Source of the DNA: Kudoa neothunni
Taxonomy: Eukaryota > Animalia > Cnidaria
DNA length: 64,000 nt
Reading direction: 5' to 3'
Assembly: GCA_964304625.1 (NCBI GenBank)
Contig: OZ199840.1
Location: forward strand, 8,973,306-9,037,305
Below are positions 38,950 to 52,600 of this stretch, one piece after another. The translations under genes and the position numbers were made by a program. Under the pieces are notes generated by a model, which did no database searches, was not told the DNA's origin, and worked only from the letters and a program-made list of their open reading frames with translations. The first letter of the stretch is position 1. The number at the start of each line of letters is the position of its first letter.

Positions 38950-40630
38950 AAAATATAAGAACCGCTATAATATTTCAACTTTTAAGTTAAAAAAAATTAA
39001 GCTTTGATGAGAAAAGTCTAGAACGTTTTCATGAGGGAAATATGTTTATGTACTCATATACTTAGACATGGAAAACAGGTTTTTTCATTTGGTCTTAACT
39101 TATTACACTCCATAAGATAAGCGAATTAATCTCCAAAATTAGAATTTTTTGTACTATAGAAAAATTCATGAAACTCAAAAACCATAAAAATATCATAACG
39201 ATTGGATAAATTAACTGATGTGCCCAATTGTAGTCAACTGATAGTTTTAGTCCGCTAGGCTAATTCAGATGATATCGGAAAAGAATTTCTCTTTAGTAAA
39301 CATCAAACAACAACAACTACTACTGAGAGGTATATTCGCAACATTACCCGTAGTTTTTATGAATGAAACTGCATTCTTCTACAAGTTATTGGTTCCATTT
39401 TTATTGATTGTGTTCCTATTATAGCAGGAAATCGGTGTGGATTTGTTATTCTGGAGAGAAATTAAATTCTAGATTTTGTTGTTACTCGACATAACTTTTG
39501 TCGACAAGCTGTCGGGACGAAAATTATGTCAATAACATTGAGAAAGGTTATGGAATCCTGTGTCAAATTTGCGAGCTTTATCAAAGAAAGATCATTAATT
39601 TAAAGACTTTTCATAGCATTGTGAGGTGACTTTGGTAAAGAAACAACTGTTTTATCATATTATACAGAAATCAGATGGTTTTTACAAGGAAAGGTTGTAT
39701 CAAAGGTTTTTAAACGCAGAAATTAAATAAACGAGTTTCTTTTAGGATAAAAATTCGATCTTATAAAAATTAAAAGTTTTTCTTAAATTCTTATGCACTT
39801 GTCGGATATATTCAGTCATTTTAATTATTTGAATTGTTTCAATCAAATAATCAGAATAAATAATATATATGCTCTTTATTTATTTTAACTTTCAGAGAAA
39901 AATTAATGCTTTGGAGATCTTGCATAAACAACCAAAATTTCAAATATTCTGTCGCTAGAGAAAGTAATTTTCATGGATAAAATTAGGGTCCATGAAGAAT
40001 TAAAGTGAATATCTCTGAGCGTAATGAACGATTGAGAGACTCTTTTGATGGTTATTTCCCTTTTGAAGTACTACAAGAGTCCCAAAGTTAGTTTATCACT
40101 CATTTCACTTTTAAGACGAAGAGTAAGAACGATGAAAATGGAAACATGGACAGTTAAATTTTGTTAGGTGATGTCATTATATAAGTAGATATTTGACTCT
40201 AGCATGTTTGAAAAACGTTTTTTAATATCCAACCTTTACAAAAAAAATATTTAATGTATTAATTCTATTTTCGACAATTAGACTTTATGAATCTGGGGTT
40301 TCTTCTCTAATTTACCTGAAAAAAATACCGGAAGTTGCTGAATCCAGAAAACGGTTAATGCATATTTTACTCCAAAAAGCATTGTTTTGACTAAATTATA
40401 AAATAAACAAGAAAAAAAGTTAAAACATGCCGTTTATAATCAATTATGTTTATTTAATTTACATTGATTTACTCGTTTAAATATTAAATAGACTGCTTTT
40501 TTTCTTTTTAGTCTAATTTTAGCAGAAATATTATTTCTGTCTAAAAAAAATCCTCAATATAAAATCTATTTTAAAATGGGGTGCGGAGTAGTCCTCATAG
40601 GTGGTTAGTTGATAGTGGTCAGTGGAAGGG
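38950..40630 (+). mobile_element. Decayed Buster/Charlie (ZBED5/SCAND3-like) hAT transposon
   Basis: Fragments TDVPNCSQLIVLVR (~39214), YTEIRWFLQGKV (~39661), HLSDIFSHFNYLN (~39796) and YESGVSSL (~40286); many stops. Confidence 0.75.
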
Positions 40631-40639
40631 CTGCGGAAA

Positions 40640-42370
40640 TTAAAATGGATCGTGACGCGCGGCTATATGCCATTATTCAATAGGGGTTGGTTATTCATGA
40701 AGAATATTGACTTTATTTTTAAAGTAAAAAAATCAAATTGAAAGTAAAGAAACCTATAATATTTCAAAATGTTGAAAAATCAGACGATAAAACACATTGG
40801 ATGACGAAACATTAAAAAAACCTTACTACTGGTCGATGATGAGTTATCTTAAAATGAGAATAATTCGGAAATTCTTGATATTGATCCTAAATGAATCTTA
40901 CGACAATGAAAAGTCGTGTGCATTGGAATCTGTTTTCAATGAATTGATAGTGATATTTTTGAACCATTTTATGATTTCAACAGGTTTTTTATCGACGACC
41001 ATTTTGAATTGATTCTGAATGAAATAAATATATACGCTTGAACATTAAAAGCGTCAGTTAAAAATTCCATTGAAGAAATCCGGCGGCCCACTGGTGTTCT
41101 CATTCGAATAATTACGGTAATCTGTCCAGATGATGTAATTACTGTTCGACAAAAATTAATTACAACATTATATCCGATAGATTCGAATCTTTGTTAAGGT
41201 ATTTAATGTTCTGTGGCAATTAAAAGGATGCGTTATATCTTGATAACAATAACTAGAAAGATTTTACAAAATAAGACAAGTTCTTGATATAATTCTATAA
41301 TACATTAGACTTATTTAGCTATCGAATCTGAATATCACCATCCGTTGATCAAAAAATTATTCCTTTCTAACAAAATTTTTTAAAAAAATTTTACTTTTAG
41401 ATGAAACAAACTAAAGAATGAGTTAAAGCTTATACAAGGAATAGTCCTCGTGGAAAATACTCATGGTTCTGTTTTTAATTGCGAAAAACTGTACGAGGAA
41501 TAAGTCATTACGCGTAGTGTCGAAAGTATGTGAAAAAGTGAATATTGCCGATTAACATATATTTTATGATAATTATTTTTCAAGTTTTAATTTAAATGCA
41601 AAGCTTTTAGAACTTGATTACTTTTATACAAGAACAGTAGGAAAGATCCTTTTGAAAAAATGTTATTGTAAAAAGAAGAAAAATCAAAAAATCAGTCTGG
41701 AAGAAGCTTTGATTTTGGAATCTGTCATCTAAATGATTCCAAATAAATGAACTACTTTGGCAAGATGGATCGTGTGTGAATATATCATCCACATTTTATT
41801 CCGCTATTACAGTATCTTTCGTGCAAATTGACGAGAAAAAAACAACAAAAATGTTTTTAATAAAGTTTTTTTTGATAAAAATGTATAACAAATAAATGGA
41901 TGAGGTTAATGTATTTTGTTTGCTGATGGCATTTTATCGACTGGTTCATAATCCAAAATAATGATACACGGGAATATTATTTTAGTCCTTAAATTTCTGC
42001 TTACTTAATGGATGAATTTCTTATCGCAAGTAATGTAAATAAAGGGAATTGCCAATAAAACAATTATCTAGATTTACACTATTTTAAACTGGAAGTTAGA
42101 GGACAATTGTTATTATACTATCAAAAATTCAGGAGATCCAATTAGAGCAAAGAAATTATATAAGTGTCCATGAATCAAATCATGCTCTTCTTATCTAAGG
42201 AGTAAATCTTTTTCCTTTGTTCCATATAGACGCAATGAATTTAATCGCATAAAACCAAGAAAATATTAATCAATATTCATATTGTTATATTTAATATGTT
42301 TTATTCTTTGGAAATAAAAAATATAAGCTTAAAAAAATAATTTGTTCGATGCGCGGTAACATCAAATTAA
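40640..42370 (+). mobile_element. Highly decayed piggyBac transposase remnant
   Basis: Acidic N-terminal part, then RFESLLRYL, FYKIRQV, SVDQKIIPF-like, YDNYF and YNK.MDEVN fragments in piggyBac order. Confidence 0.65.
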
Positions 42371-42770
42371 TTTCCATTATTTTCAATGGGGAAAAATTAT
42401 TCGGAGTACTAACACAGAACTAGAATTAATAATAATAGAGATTCGAGGTCGCACTGTATATACGTCATTAATTTTATTTTGATATATTAAATTAAAATAT
42501 GAGTTATTTCTTTCATGGATATTAAAAATTAGCTCTAATTGTTTATTGGAATTGTGGCGGTAATAATAAAATAGATATTCTATATTTTCAAATAACAAAA
42601 AATAAAATAAATTTCAATATTCATTCATGAAAGAAATCAATTTATGAATAGTTATTATTTTCACGAAACTTCGGAGTATTCATTTTAAAGGACTGAATAG
42701 GAACCAATGAATCTATCTATTTAAAGTAATATACATAATGTATGTTCTTCGTTAATTCTCTATAAAGAAA

Positions 42771-45700
42771 ATGATAGTTATGAGGATAAATCTTAGATTT
42801 GTCTCATCAATATTTCTTCTATTTTTTGTTTGTAATTTTTATTTAAATTATAAATTTTAATAATTATTTAGTATGTGAAAGGCATGTTCTTCCCATTAAT
42901 ATTGATAATAATATTATGAAATTGAGATATTCGAGCAAGCAAAACAAATATATTATCTCCCTTTCAGGATATGATATTGAAAATAGTTACAAAAAATGTG
43001 CACTCCAATATTATGATCATAAAGGAGCACCTACTAGCATCGCTTCTACTTGCAATTATATAACTGATGCTGCTATGGAGTCAACTGCAAAGATATGCAT
43101 TTTTAACTGCAAAAAAATAGAATTAATGTCGGCCGGGGAAGAATTAAAATCCGTTAAATTTTTAAAATGGTGCCAAGGAACTGATGATAATAATGTTAAA
43201 GTATGTCCTAATAAAAAGACTTTCACGATCAAAGGTATGTACTTAAAAAATCGTTTTTAAAGTAGCATCTAATAGATCTTTACCTAAAAAGTGAGTTTAA
43301 TGTCACAAAAACAAAATAATATATTCAATGTTAACGTTAAAACTAAAGTCAATGGAGGTTTCGCTGTTAAAGAAGACTCTGTAAAAAAATCTGAACAGCG
43401 GTCAGATGAGGATTTTTATGAAAAAAAATATGTTACATTTAAAACTAAATCATACCAATCTACGTATTCTGTTGAATTTATTGATCGGTCACCAGAAATA
43501 TTATTAAATCCACAAATACCTGAGGTGGATTGGTTTATTGCAACTGGCTCTAAAAGTAACAACTATTATACAATTACACTCCAAAATCCAAAACCATCTC
43601 TGTTATGTTACTTTGGAATAAAAGACATATATGAAGTTCATTTTTCTTCTAATTGTTCGAGTATGAAAAAAGCTGGGCCATGTATTCAGCCATGCTATAA
43701 AGCAACATTATTTCACGATTCAAACTTGAATTATGCCCAAGTACTTGTGAAACATTATGAAAAGATAATTCCGAAAGAATTTATTCAAACTATAACATGT
43801 AAGTTCTAACTAATTTAATTTATTCTAATCCATTTCACAGTTACTACTGATCAACCTGCTGTCACTACAACTGGAAAAAACGAAGCCACCGTTAGTTTAG
43901 CTAATTTAAATAAGAATGGAAATGGTGCTGTAGAAAATGGAGCAGAGATAAAAGAAATTAAATTATTTGAAAAAAAACTTGGAATTGAAAGTAATGGAAA
44001 AGATCTTACATCAAATAGTGGCTCTAAAGAATTCGGTGCAATAACTATAAATTCGCTTGAGCCATTAACAGAGTATATTTTAAAGGTTAAAATAACTGGA
44101 CTTACAACCGTAGATTCACCAGAAGTTAAATATTATCACTGCTATATTTATTTCAAAACTAGGGGTAATTTCAAATTTCTAAAAAACTTATTAATATAAA
44201 ATAGGTGATGCATTAACGGGGGATAGTAGTCTTAATCCCACTGCTGTGCCAGGAGACAATACTAGGCTAACTTTGAATCTTGAAAATTTATTCTCAAATG
44301 GTAGTGGTAGTGGCATAACATGTGAGCTATATTATTCAATTGATGGAAGTGAGACTTCAAAATTGCCTGCTACATGTGAAGACACAAGTGGTAAAAAATT
44401 TTGTTCCGGTGCTTGTAATGGGAACTTTGAAATTATTAACCTCGATCCTAAAACTAACTACAGAATAACTGTATGTTCCAGGGGATATACATGCGTTGAA
44501 AATTCTCAGGCTGAGAGTAATGTTTTCAAATGATAATGTAATAATCAGTAAAAAATAGCTGGCGGAATCGAAATATCATTAAATCCTACCAAAAATGGAT
44601 CAGATAAGATAACTTCAATAACAGTGACAAAATCCGGAAGTGAAATTGCCGATTTTGGAGAATCATGGGGATACGTTCTACTGGAAGAAGCATCCAACCG
44701 AATAATAACAGATTGCTTGAATAGCGTGTGCAATCCCGCTATCAATACTCAATCCGGGACTGTTAAGATAGAGATTTCATGTGCTGATCTTAACGCAGAC
44801 GTCTCATATAAAATAGTTATTATTAATAAAGATTATTCCAAGCCAAAGAAAGCCAAATTTAAGTGTATTTATTTTTATTTTGTAACATTCTCTTTATTTC
44901 CATAGATGACTTCGAAGAAGGTTCTCAGGATATGATTTTATCCTCTAGTAACTCGGGACAAAATTATAAGGTCAAATTCAAGGGTGAATTGTCAACGAAA
45001 GGTGAATTAGTGTGCACTGTCAAAGAATCAAAAGATGACCTAACTGCCTACGAAGATTTTGAAAACAACGGAGAAGGAATTAAGAAGAAGTGCAAAGAAC
45101 TTTCAACAGAATTTGGTATTAATATCAACATTCAGAATAAATTTAAATATATTTCCGTTACTTATCCAGATTCTAAACCAGTAACCACATTAGATTTAGT
45201 AACATTCGTTGTGATTGAAAAATTTTTTTCAATGTTGAGCCTATTTCTAAGCAATTTCGACTAGGATGAAAATAAAACCCAAGGATTAACGTCAGATGGA
45301 TCTCAACCACAAAAATCATTAACGTCACAACCAATAACTTTTAATTCTGGGAAAGTTTATTCCTACTATATGGGTAAAAAATAATTTAATAATAAGTTTA
45401 ACATCTTTTTAGATTTGTACGAAGAAATAACGCACATGGCTAAATTGGATGGAGACAAAATTAAGTTATCTTTAAATAAATGTCCATCGTCCTGTAAAGC
45501 GTACAAAGATGAAAATATAGTAAATCCTACATCAGAAACATGTAATGGTGACCAAACAACGCTAAAATATTATTCTATTCAATTCGATGAGCTTGTTAAA
45601 GATTATTATATAAGTTGTCCGGAATATTTTGATTTTCATTATTTTTACGATAATACATTTGTTCAAAATCACGCACCGGTTTTCAGTAGATTTTACTACG

Positions 45701-48700
45701 AATTAAGCGACAATGGTGAGAATAATGCATTATCAGTTAAACTGGTTAACGAAGAGCCATCTAAAATGTGCACGTTTGAATGGATTGATGCCACAGCATC
45801 CGCTTCGAATAATTTTTTCTCAAACGTGTGCGAGAATAAGAACAACTGTTTTTATAGTATGTGTAGTAGCTATAAATTTGGAAGTTTGCCAACAACCGTA
45901 AAGGCAGTGAAAATACGAGTCCTAAAATTAGGAATGAAACCTTCGATTGGTTATCAAAATAATATATACTTACGTAATACCTATAAATATCTAATAAATA
46001 TATCGTAATTTCTAGTGAAACAAGGAGAGGATGTTTCGGTTGAATCATCAGGAACAAAAATTAAGATCAACATTAGTGCTAATAATAAAAATGAACATGG
46101 TGGGACTATTACTGGTACAGATGATGTTAAATGCACCCTAACTTTATGGAACACATATGCTCCATTGGTTAGCGAAACTGGAAGGATATCTGTAAAGGAT
46201 CCATCATCTTGCGAATTTAAGGAAATGGAAATAACGCCGGTTCTGATTCATTTACCTAACGACATTATGGTGTCTATAACAAATATACCAGATTATTCAC
46301 CTAGGAAATATTTTTTCAATAAAGCGAGTATTTTTTATATTAAAATTGTTTTAAAATATTTTTTAGGCCAAATTACTGAACTTTCCTCTGGTGATATTTC
46401 AGTTACTGCTACTTATAGTGGCTTCAGAATCGCTCAAAATACATTCAGCGCAACAGCCACCTGCACTATTTACGTTAGGGAACACAACAAATTATATTAC
46501 CCTGCTATTTGTTCAGGCAATGTGTTATGTGTAAAACCTTGCAGCTCGGATTTTACCATCATTGGGCTTTATTCAGATACCACCTATGAGCTCAAAATTG
46601 TTCCTAGTGGAGCAAACAATATTAAAACTATTTCCAGCATAAAGACAGGTAAATAATATTAATATTTAGTTAAATAACAAATAATAGTCGGAAAAAATGT
46701 TCAATTTGAAATTTCAAATGATTCTAAGAAGAATACTCTTATAATACAACCTCACCCATCTTTCGATGATGCTGGTAGTATAGACTGCTATTATCAGTTG
46801 TATAAACACGATGGAAACCAAAGTAAGGACACCGGGTTATTTTTATTAACATTTTTGTAGCTTCACCTACAAAAATCATAAAGTCCTACATCGGTTGCAC
46901 AGATAGTGAAAATATTAAAAAATGCGATAAAATTCAGTTTGATAAGAACATATACGATAATAACTATAACTACAGATTGATGATATATGTACCTGATAAA
47001 TTGAAACCTGTCAAACTATCAATACCAGGTAACATATGTATCTACTCTCAATCAACATATTTTTATAGCTTTTACTCGAAGAGGAAAACTTGAACAAAAG
47101 CTTATTCCTTATAATGTTAACGCTGCTGAGAAGTTTTCTATTACATTGTTAGAATTTCCCGTGAATTATAAATGTGCCATAAAGATATCGAGTTTAACAA
47201 CAACTCCTGAATTCAACAAACCAACAGGTTGTACGGGATTAAATGGAGATGACTGCATAATGGAATGCGTTAAAAATGAACTTGAAATTGGGAACATAAA
47301 TTCAAAATTAGATCGATATTTATCAGTTTGTTACGGAAAAAAACGACGAGGAAGCAAAAAAATGTAAAAAAGTTCAGGTTTTTCCAATAATAATGAGTAA
47401 TTAATATATATCATATCACCTTTTGAATTATATGGTTAAAATATACATAATAAATAAATGAACTAACAATAATCTTTAATATAAAATTTATTCAATTAAG
47501 GTAATCCTATTTTTAGATTATAATCAAAAAAACACTTATTCAATATCTCATATTGATGGAAAAATTACTTTGTCCTTCAAAACAAACTCAGTTTCGGATT
47601 GGAAAGTTGAGTATGACGGAAAAAATGACACACATAGTGATAAGTCTGTAAAGGACTTAGAAGTTACAACGTATTCCGACACTATAGACAGCAAATCTGC
47701 TACATTTTCAACTGACAGGTCAATGGATTATTACAAATTTAGTTCAACTTTACTGTGGCCTGGTTTATTCTATTTTTTAAATAATAGTTATTTGTATGAT
47801 AAGACACTCCTAAAATCTCAGATTATTTATTCTGTTTCAAAGACTGATAGCCCTAAAAAAATACAATTAAAATTCTCTCCTGGTCCATATAACGATGAGA
47901 TTTGTCATATCAAAGTATTTGAGGTCGATGGTAATGGAGCCGAACAAAAAGATAAAGTTCTGAATGGATGCACAAATGCAGAAAAAGAATGTTTTCGACT
48001 TTGTCAAGACAGCATTATCAATTTGACAGAAGAAATAAATAAAGTTGGTGTTACAATAAAACGAAGATTTGATGCGAATGGATTCAAACAATTCTTTATA
48101 AGTAACATTTAATTAAAATTCATTAATAAAACTTTATAGGAGGTGATAGTGGTATCGATTTAAGTGATATTACTAATCAGGGGGTCACAATTCGGAGACT
48201 TAACGTTTACAAAGCTATTAATGGGGGAGGTGCAGATATTGCATGTATCATTAAAGTATACAGAGCAACTACTTTTTCTAATGAAGAAAACGCTCGATGC
48301 AATGACAATGGTGAATGCAATACTACATGTGGAGAGTCATTTTCTATTAATAAATTGGAAGTTGGAACAAATTACATCGTTTCTGTATCGATAAGCAATA
48401 TTGGAATTAGTGACTATACAAAGAAAATAGCATTTCGAACAAGTATCTGTACATTCTAATAATAATATTTCAAAAGTGTTTAGCTGGGGGAACAGATATA
48501 AATGGAAATAATTCAATTCCCGACATAAAGGGCGGAAACGCCACTATAACACCATTTTCTGCAGATGGTTCGTTACCAATATGCAGAATTTATCTTAACA
48601 AGAATGGTGACTCCAATCCTAAATATATGGCTACTTGTGACGAAATTGGAGCGTGCGAACATAAATGCGACAATGAGTTCAAAATTATAAATCTAATATT

Positions 48701-49673
48701 AGGAGCAACTTACGAAATGATTGTTGAACCATCCGATGGTAGAAAGGAGAAGAAATATGAAGTTCAAACGAGTATTTTACTTAAAAAGTCTTATTATTAA
48801 TAAAACTTTTTAGCAAATACCGATGTTACTATCACATCTACGTTAAACGGAGATAGTGATTTGAAAGTTGAAGTGACTTGGGCTGAAAAAGATGATAATT
48901 CAAGGTGTCCGTTTTTCTTGCAGGAAAAAAAAGATGAAGGTGTGTCGGGAGAAACTGTTACATGGTGTAATGATGATGCAGAATGTTCGGCTAATAATTG
49001 TAGTATCAACATCAATAAATTGTCAAAAGAAAAAGATTACATATTGAAACTGAAAGTGAAGGATTATTCACTCTATAAAGATACAATTATTCTATGTAAA
49101 TGCACTTTTTGACAATTTTATAATTTGTATAATCGAATAATATTTATAAAAAAGACTCAAAAATGGTTCAAAGGATTGGGTAATAGAGTTTCAATAATAT
49201 TGTTTTATTATAATAATTTTTTAGTAAATTAAATACAAAAATTCAACAAGTTAATATATTTATAGAAGGTGAAAATGTTAGGAGCGATTACACCAATATT
49301 GACGTGGATGATATCGCACAAAAAAATAAAAGTTGCGGAAGAAAGGTGAATAATTTGTCCAATATTTTTATAACGATTTATTTAGTATAATTTCTGTCTA
49401 AAAAAATACAATATAAATATAAAATGTTTAGAGAATAAAAAAGTAGACGATTATGAAGCTGCAAAGAACAGTCATTCGTAATTTTTGGTGAAATTTTCAA
49501 ATTTTAACATTGTTAAGGTCATTGGGCCCTTACATGTAATAAAGTAAGCAATATGAAATTTTATAACCATTTTTAGATTGTATGCGATGATACCCATCGT
49601 GGCCTCACTATTTATGGTGATAGGACTGGTAGTTCACAGAAAAAATTCCAAAGATACTACTCATGATCTCTAA
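42771..49673 (+). CDS. Very large type-I membrane protein of tandem Cys-rich FN3-like modules (paralog B, roughly 1,800-1,900 aa, over 20 exons)
   Basis: Signal exon MIVMRINLRFVSSIFLLFFV (42771-42831). Successive ~300- and ~550-nt exons are separated by ~40-nt mostly phase-1 introns and carry C..C..C-x3-C followed by LDPKTNY, LYSDTTY, LEVGTNY or LILGATY. Stalk exons 49432-49477 and 49518-49535; TM exon 49577-49673 LYAMIPIVASLFMVIGLVVHRK..*. One extra A at 47337-43; exons around 49150-49350 unresolved. Confidence 0.8.
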
Positions 49674-52600
49674 AAATTAACGGTCCATCCTGCAGACATG
49701 TAGTTTTTAAGAATATATTTTATTAGAATAAAACTATTATATATTTAATTTTCTTGAGATTTCTTTCAATAGTTAAATTATGTAAATGTCCATGCTTATT
49801 CTAAAATTGGGATTGTATGGGTATTGTATATATATATATATACAATTTATACATTCAAAAAACGCAAGGATTGTTTTTATTAAATAAATGTATACATTTC
49901 TTGAATAAAATTATAAGTAAAGTCCTAAGTTTGTGTTATAAATTATAAAAAATTAAATTTGAAGATTATTTAGATATATGAGTATTAGATTTACTAAAAA
50001 ATCATTTTAGAAGTAATAACTTTGTCTAGTGCTTATAATTAGTCCAAAAGTAATTCTGCATTAGAAATAATTTTAATAATATAATTATTAAACACATTAA
50101 TAAATTTACTGAATCAAATATAAATAATTTCTACGTGGTATTTAATTCATTTGGCTGCTTTCTCGCTCTCGCCGTTAGTTGATAAGTAACATAACGCGTG
50201 GAGTATTATTAGTAAATGACACTTGCATATCGTATGGTAATTTAGGAGATTCCGATACGTTTTATTTGTATACAATAAAGTCGTGGAGACTGTCTCATTT
50301 ATCACCTTGTGCAGAAAAATCTAGCTAATTCCATATTTTATAAGGAGTCTGATTTTAATTTAATTATTGATGCAATGGGTTTAGAAAAATTCAGAAAATT
50401 CAAAACACACGCCTAATTAATGTACCTGAATAATAATAATAATAACTAATTATTCTGTTATAATCTACATTCATATATTCAAGTGTATACATGAATTCTT
50501 TGATTTTTTTTATACCAAAATTTTTAAAGTCAATTTGGCTAAAATTCATATCAAAGGTCAGATACAAACTCGAGAATGTAACATAAAATGCAACATAATA
50601 GATAATAGAGAGTGGCTATTTGCATGGATGAGAATATCTCCTAGAATACGTGAGTTATTTAAAAAATTGATCTAACAATTACAATAGACTATACATGCCC
50701 TATAAAATTTTATAATTTTTTATAACCGGGGAATTTGTCCATTAAAACCATATTTAAATCATCTCTCATGTACCAAAATCGTACTTTTCTTGATTTAATA
50801 ACATTATTAAATGCTTATAAACAATATGTTAGTGAATTAAGTTTTATTGCCTCCAATAAAATTGATTGCTGTCATGTTAGACTTTGCGCACACAAACCAT
50901 TCGCTGCCAGCCTTGCGTGGTCTCACAATTTTATGATTGTCGTACACTGAGCGTTAATTCTCATATGATCTAAATTGTATCAAAATTCATAGATTTTATT
51001 ATTCTGCGAAATAATTTTATGCACTAAATCATTTGGTTACGTTGAATCTATGCAGAATTTAAAATGTGAATCTCCTCTAACACCCTTTTTGAGAACTGTA
51101 CTATTTAACTCACGTTTCACTTAAATTAAAATATGCTAGATGTATCTATATTTATTTCTAGCGCATCTTTCGTCATAACGACTATACAAGATTCATTTAA
51201 CTTGACTCATAATAAATGCATGTATCGTATGATGAATCTAAAAATTCGATCAAATGGTTATTAAATTAATTAGTTGATGTTTCCCTTGGCTGAAGATATA
51301 AATATGAACAATTATAACAGATAAATACCAATGCCTAAGAAAATTCCTTAGGATGACGTTTGAACCTGTTCACTTCTTATATGTTAGTTTCATCACTGTC
51401 AAATATTCCAACGTGAAGATAAAATAGGAATATATGGAATAAAATCGGATAAAAAAACTTTAAAATGGAAAAGTTTCGATGAAATAGTTTGCAGTATTAG
51501 CGACGGTAAAATTGCTTCAATATGTGATGAATTTTATGGGTACGGATTTTACAATCTCGATATTTATTTTGATAAAAGATAGAAACTAATCGTAAGTGAA
51601 TGGATAAATTGCTAAGTTATGCTGAAAATTATTTTGATAACTGCAAGAATTCTTCATATCGTCCTTCTTTTTCTTGAAGTCCATCAGAATTGAAAGAAAA
51701 CATATAATGGTTACCAAATATTTACAGTCATATGATACAATAAGTAACAACGAAACTTTCCAGCAATATTATGTTCGCCTGGCACTTTACTGATCTAATA
51801 TTATTATGTAGGAAATATCCAAAATAAAAATTATAGGGAGGAGGAAAATGAGTAGAGCGTCTGTTATTGAGCTCCCGAAAAGATTATCAAGAATTTAATT
51901 AAATATTTTACTGATAAAATTTTGATTTAATATTGATTTAAACAATTTGACACCCAATGATTTTATAAAACTAGCATTTTAATAAATCGATAAAATGATT
52001 TTCAAGCCAAAGAGCATAGAATTAAAACATTAAATTGATAATAACAACCGACCGATAAAAACATCATTTCATTAAAAAATAAGAGGTATTTCGGTAATCT
52101 CATTTTTTTATTATTTTTAGCCACCGGAATTAAGTGTGAAAATTCGTCTCGTATGCATGCCTCATTTGAGTTTATAACGTACGATTTGGTAGCTAATTTG
52201 AATTAATTGGACCGAATACCGTAAATAACCTTTGAATATAGTTATTAACTCCAGAAAAGTACGATTTTTATGCATAAGAGGTGATTAAAATATGCATTTA
52301 ATAAACAAATTCTCCAATTAAAATCATTAAAAAAATATAGCCTATCGTAATTGTGAAATCAAATTTTTAATATCCCACATATTCTAGGAGATATTCCCAT
52401 CCACGCAAATAACCACGTCCTAAATAATATACAGTTTAATTATAGATATCAAAATTAGACAGAAGACAGTTTAAACAACATCGTAGTTTTTTTGAAGATA
52501 TGGATTATTTCTAAATAACCAAAAATGTCGACACTTAATTACAGCCTCTGTATAAAACTGTGTTTCTTTAAAAGATAACAAAGCTACGATTTTACATGAA

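Noticed and set aside
49577-49666. Alternative open frame of the last paralog B exon (IVCDDTHRG...)
   Set aside because: The phase-2 junction pattern shared with paralog A and a clear TM helix favour the LYAMIPIV frame.
50700-51800. Slightly GC-richer, coding-like stretch
   Set aside because: No recognisable motif in any frame; probably an unclassifiable TE relic.
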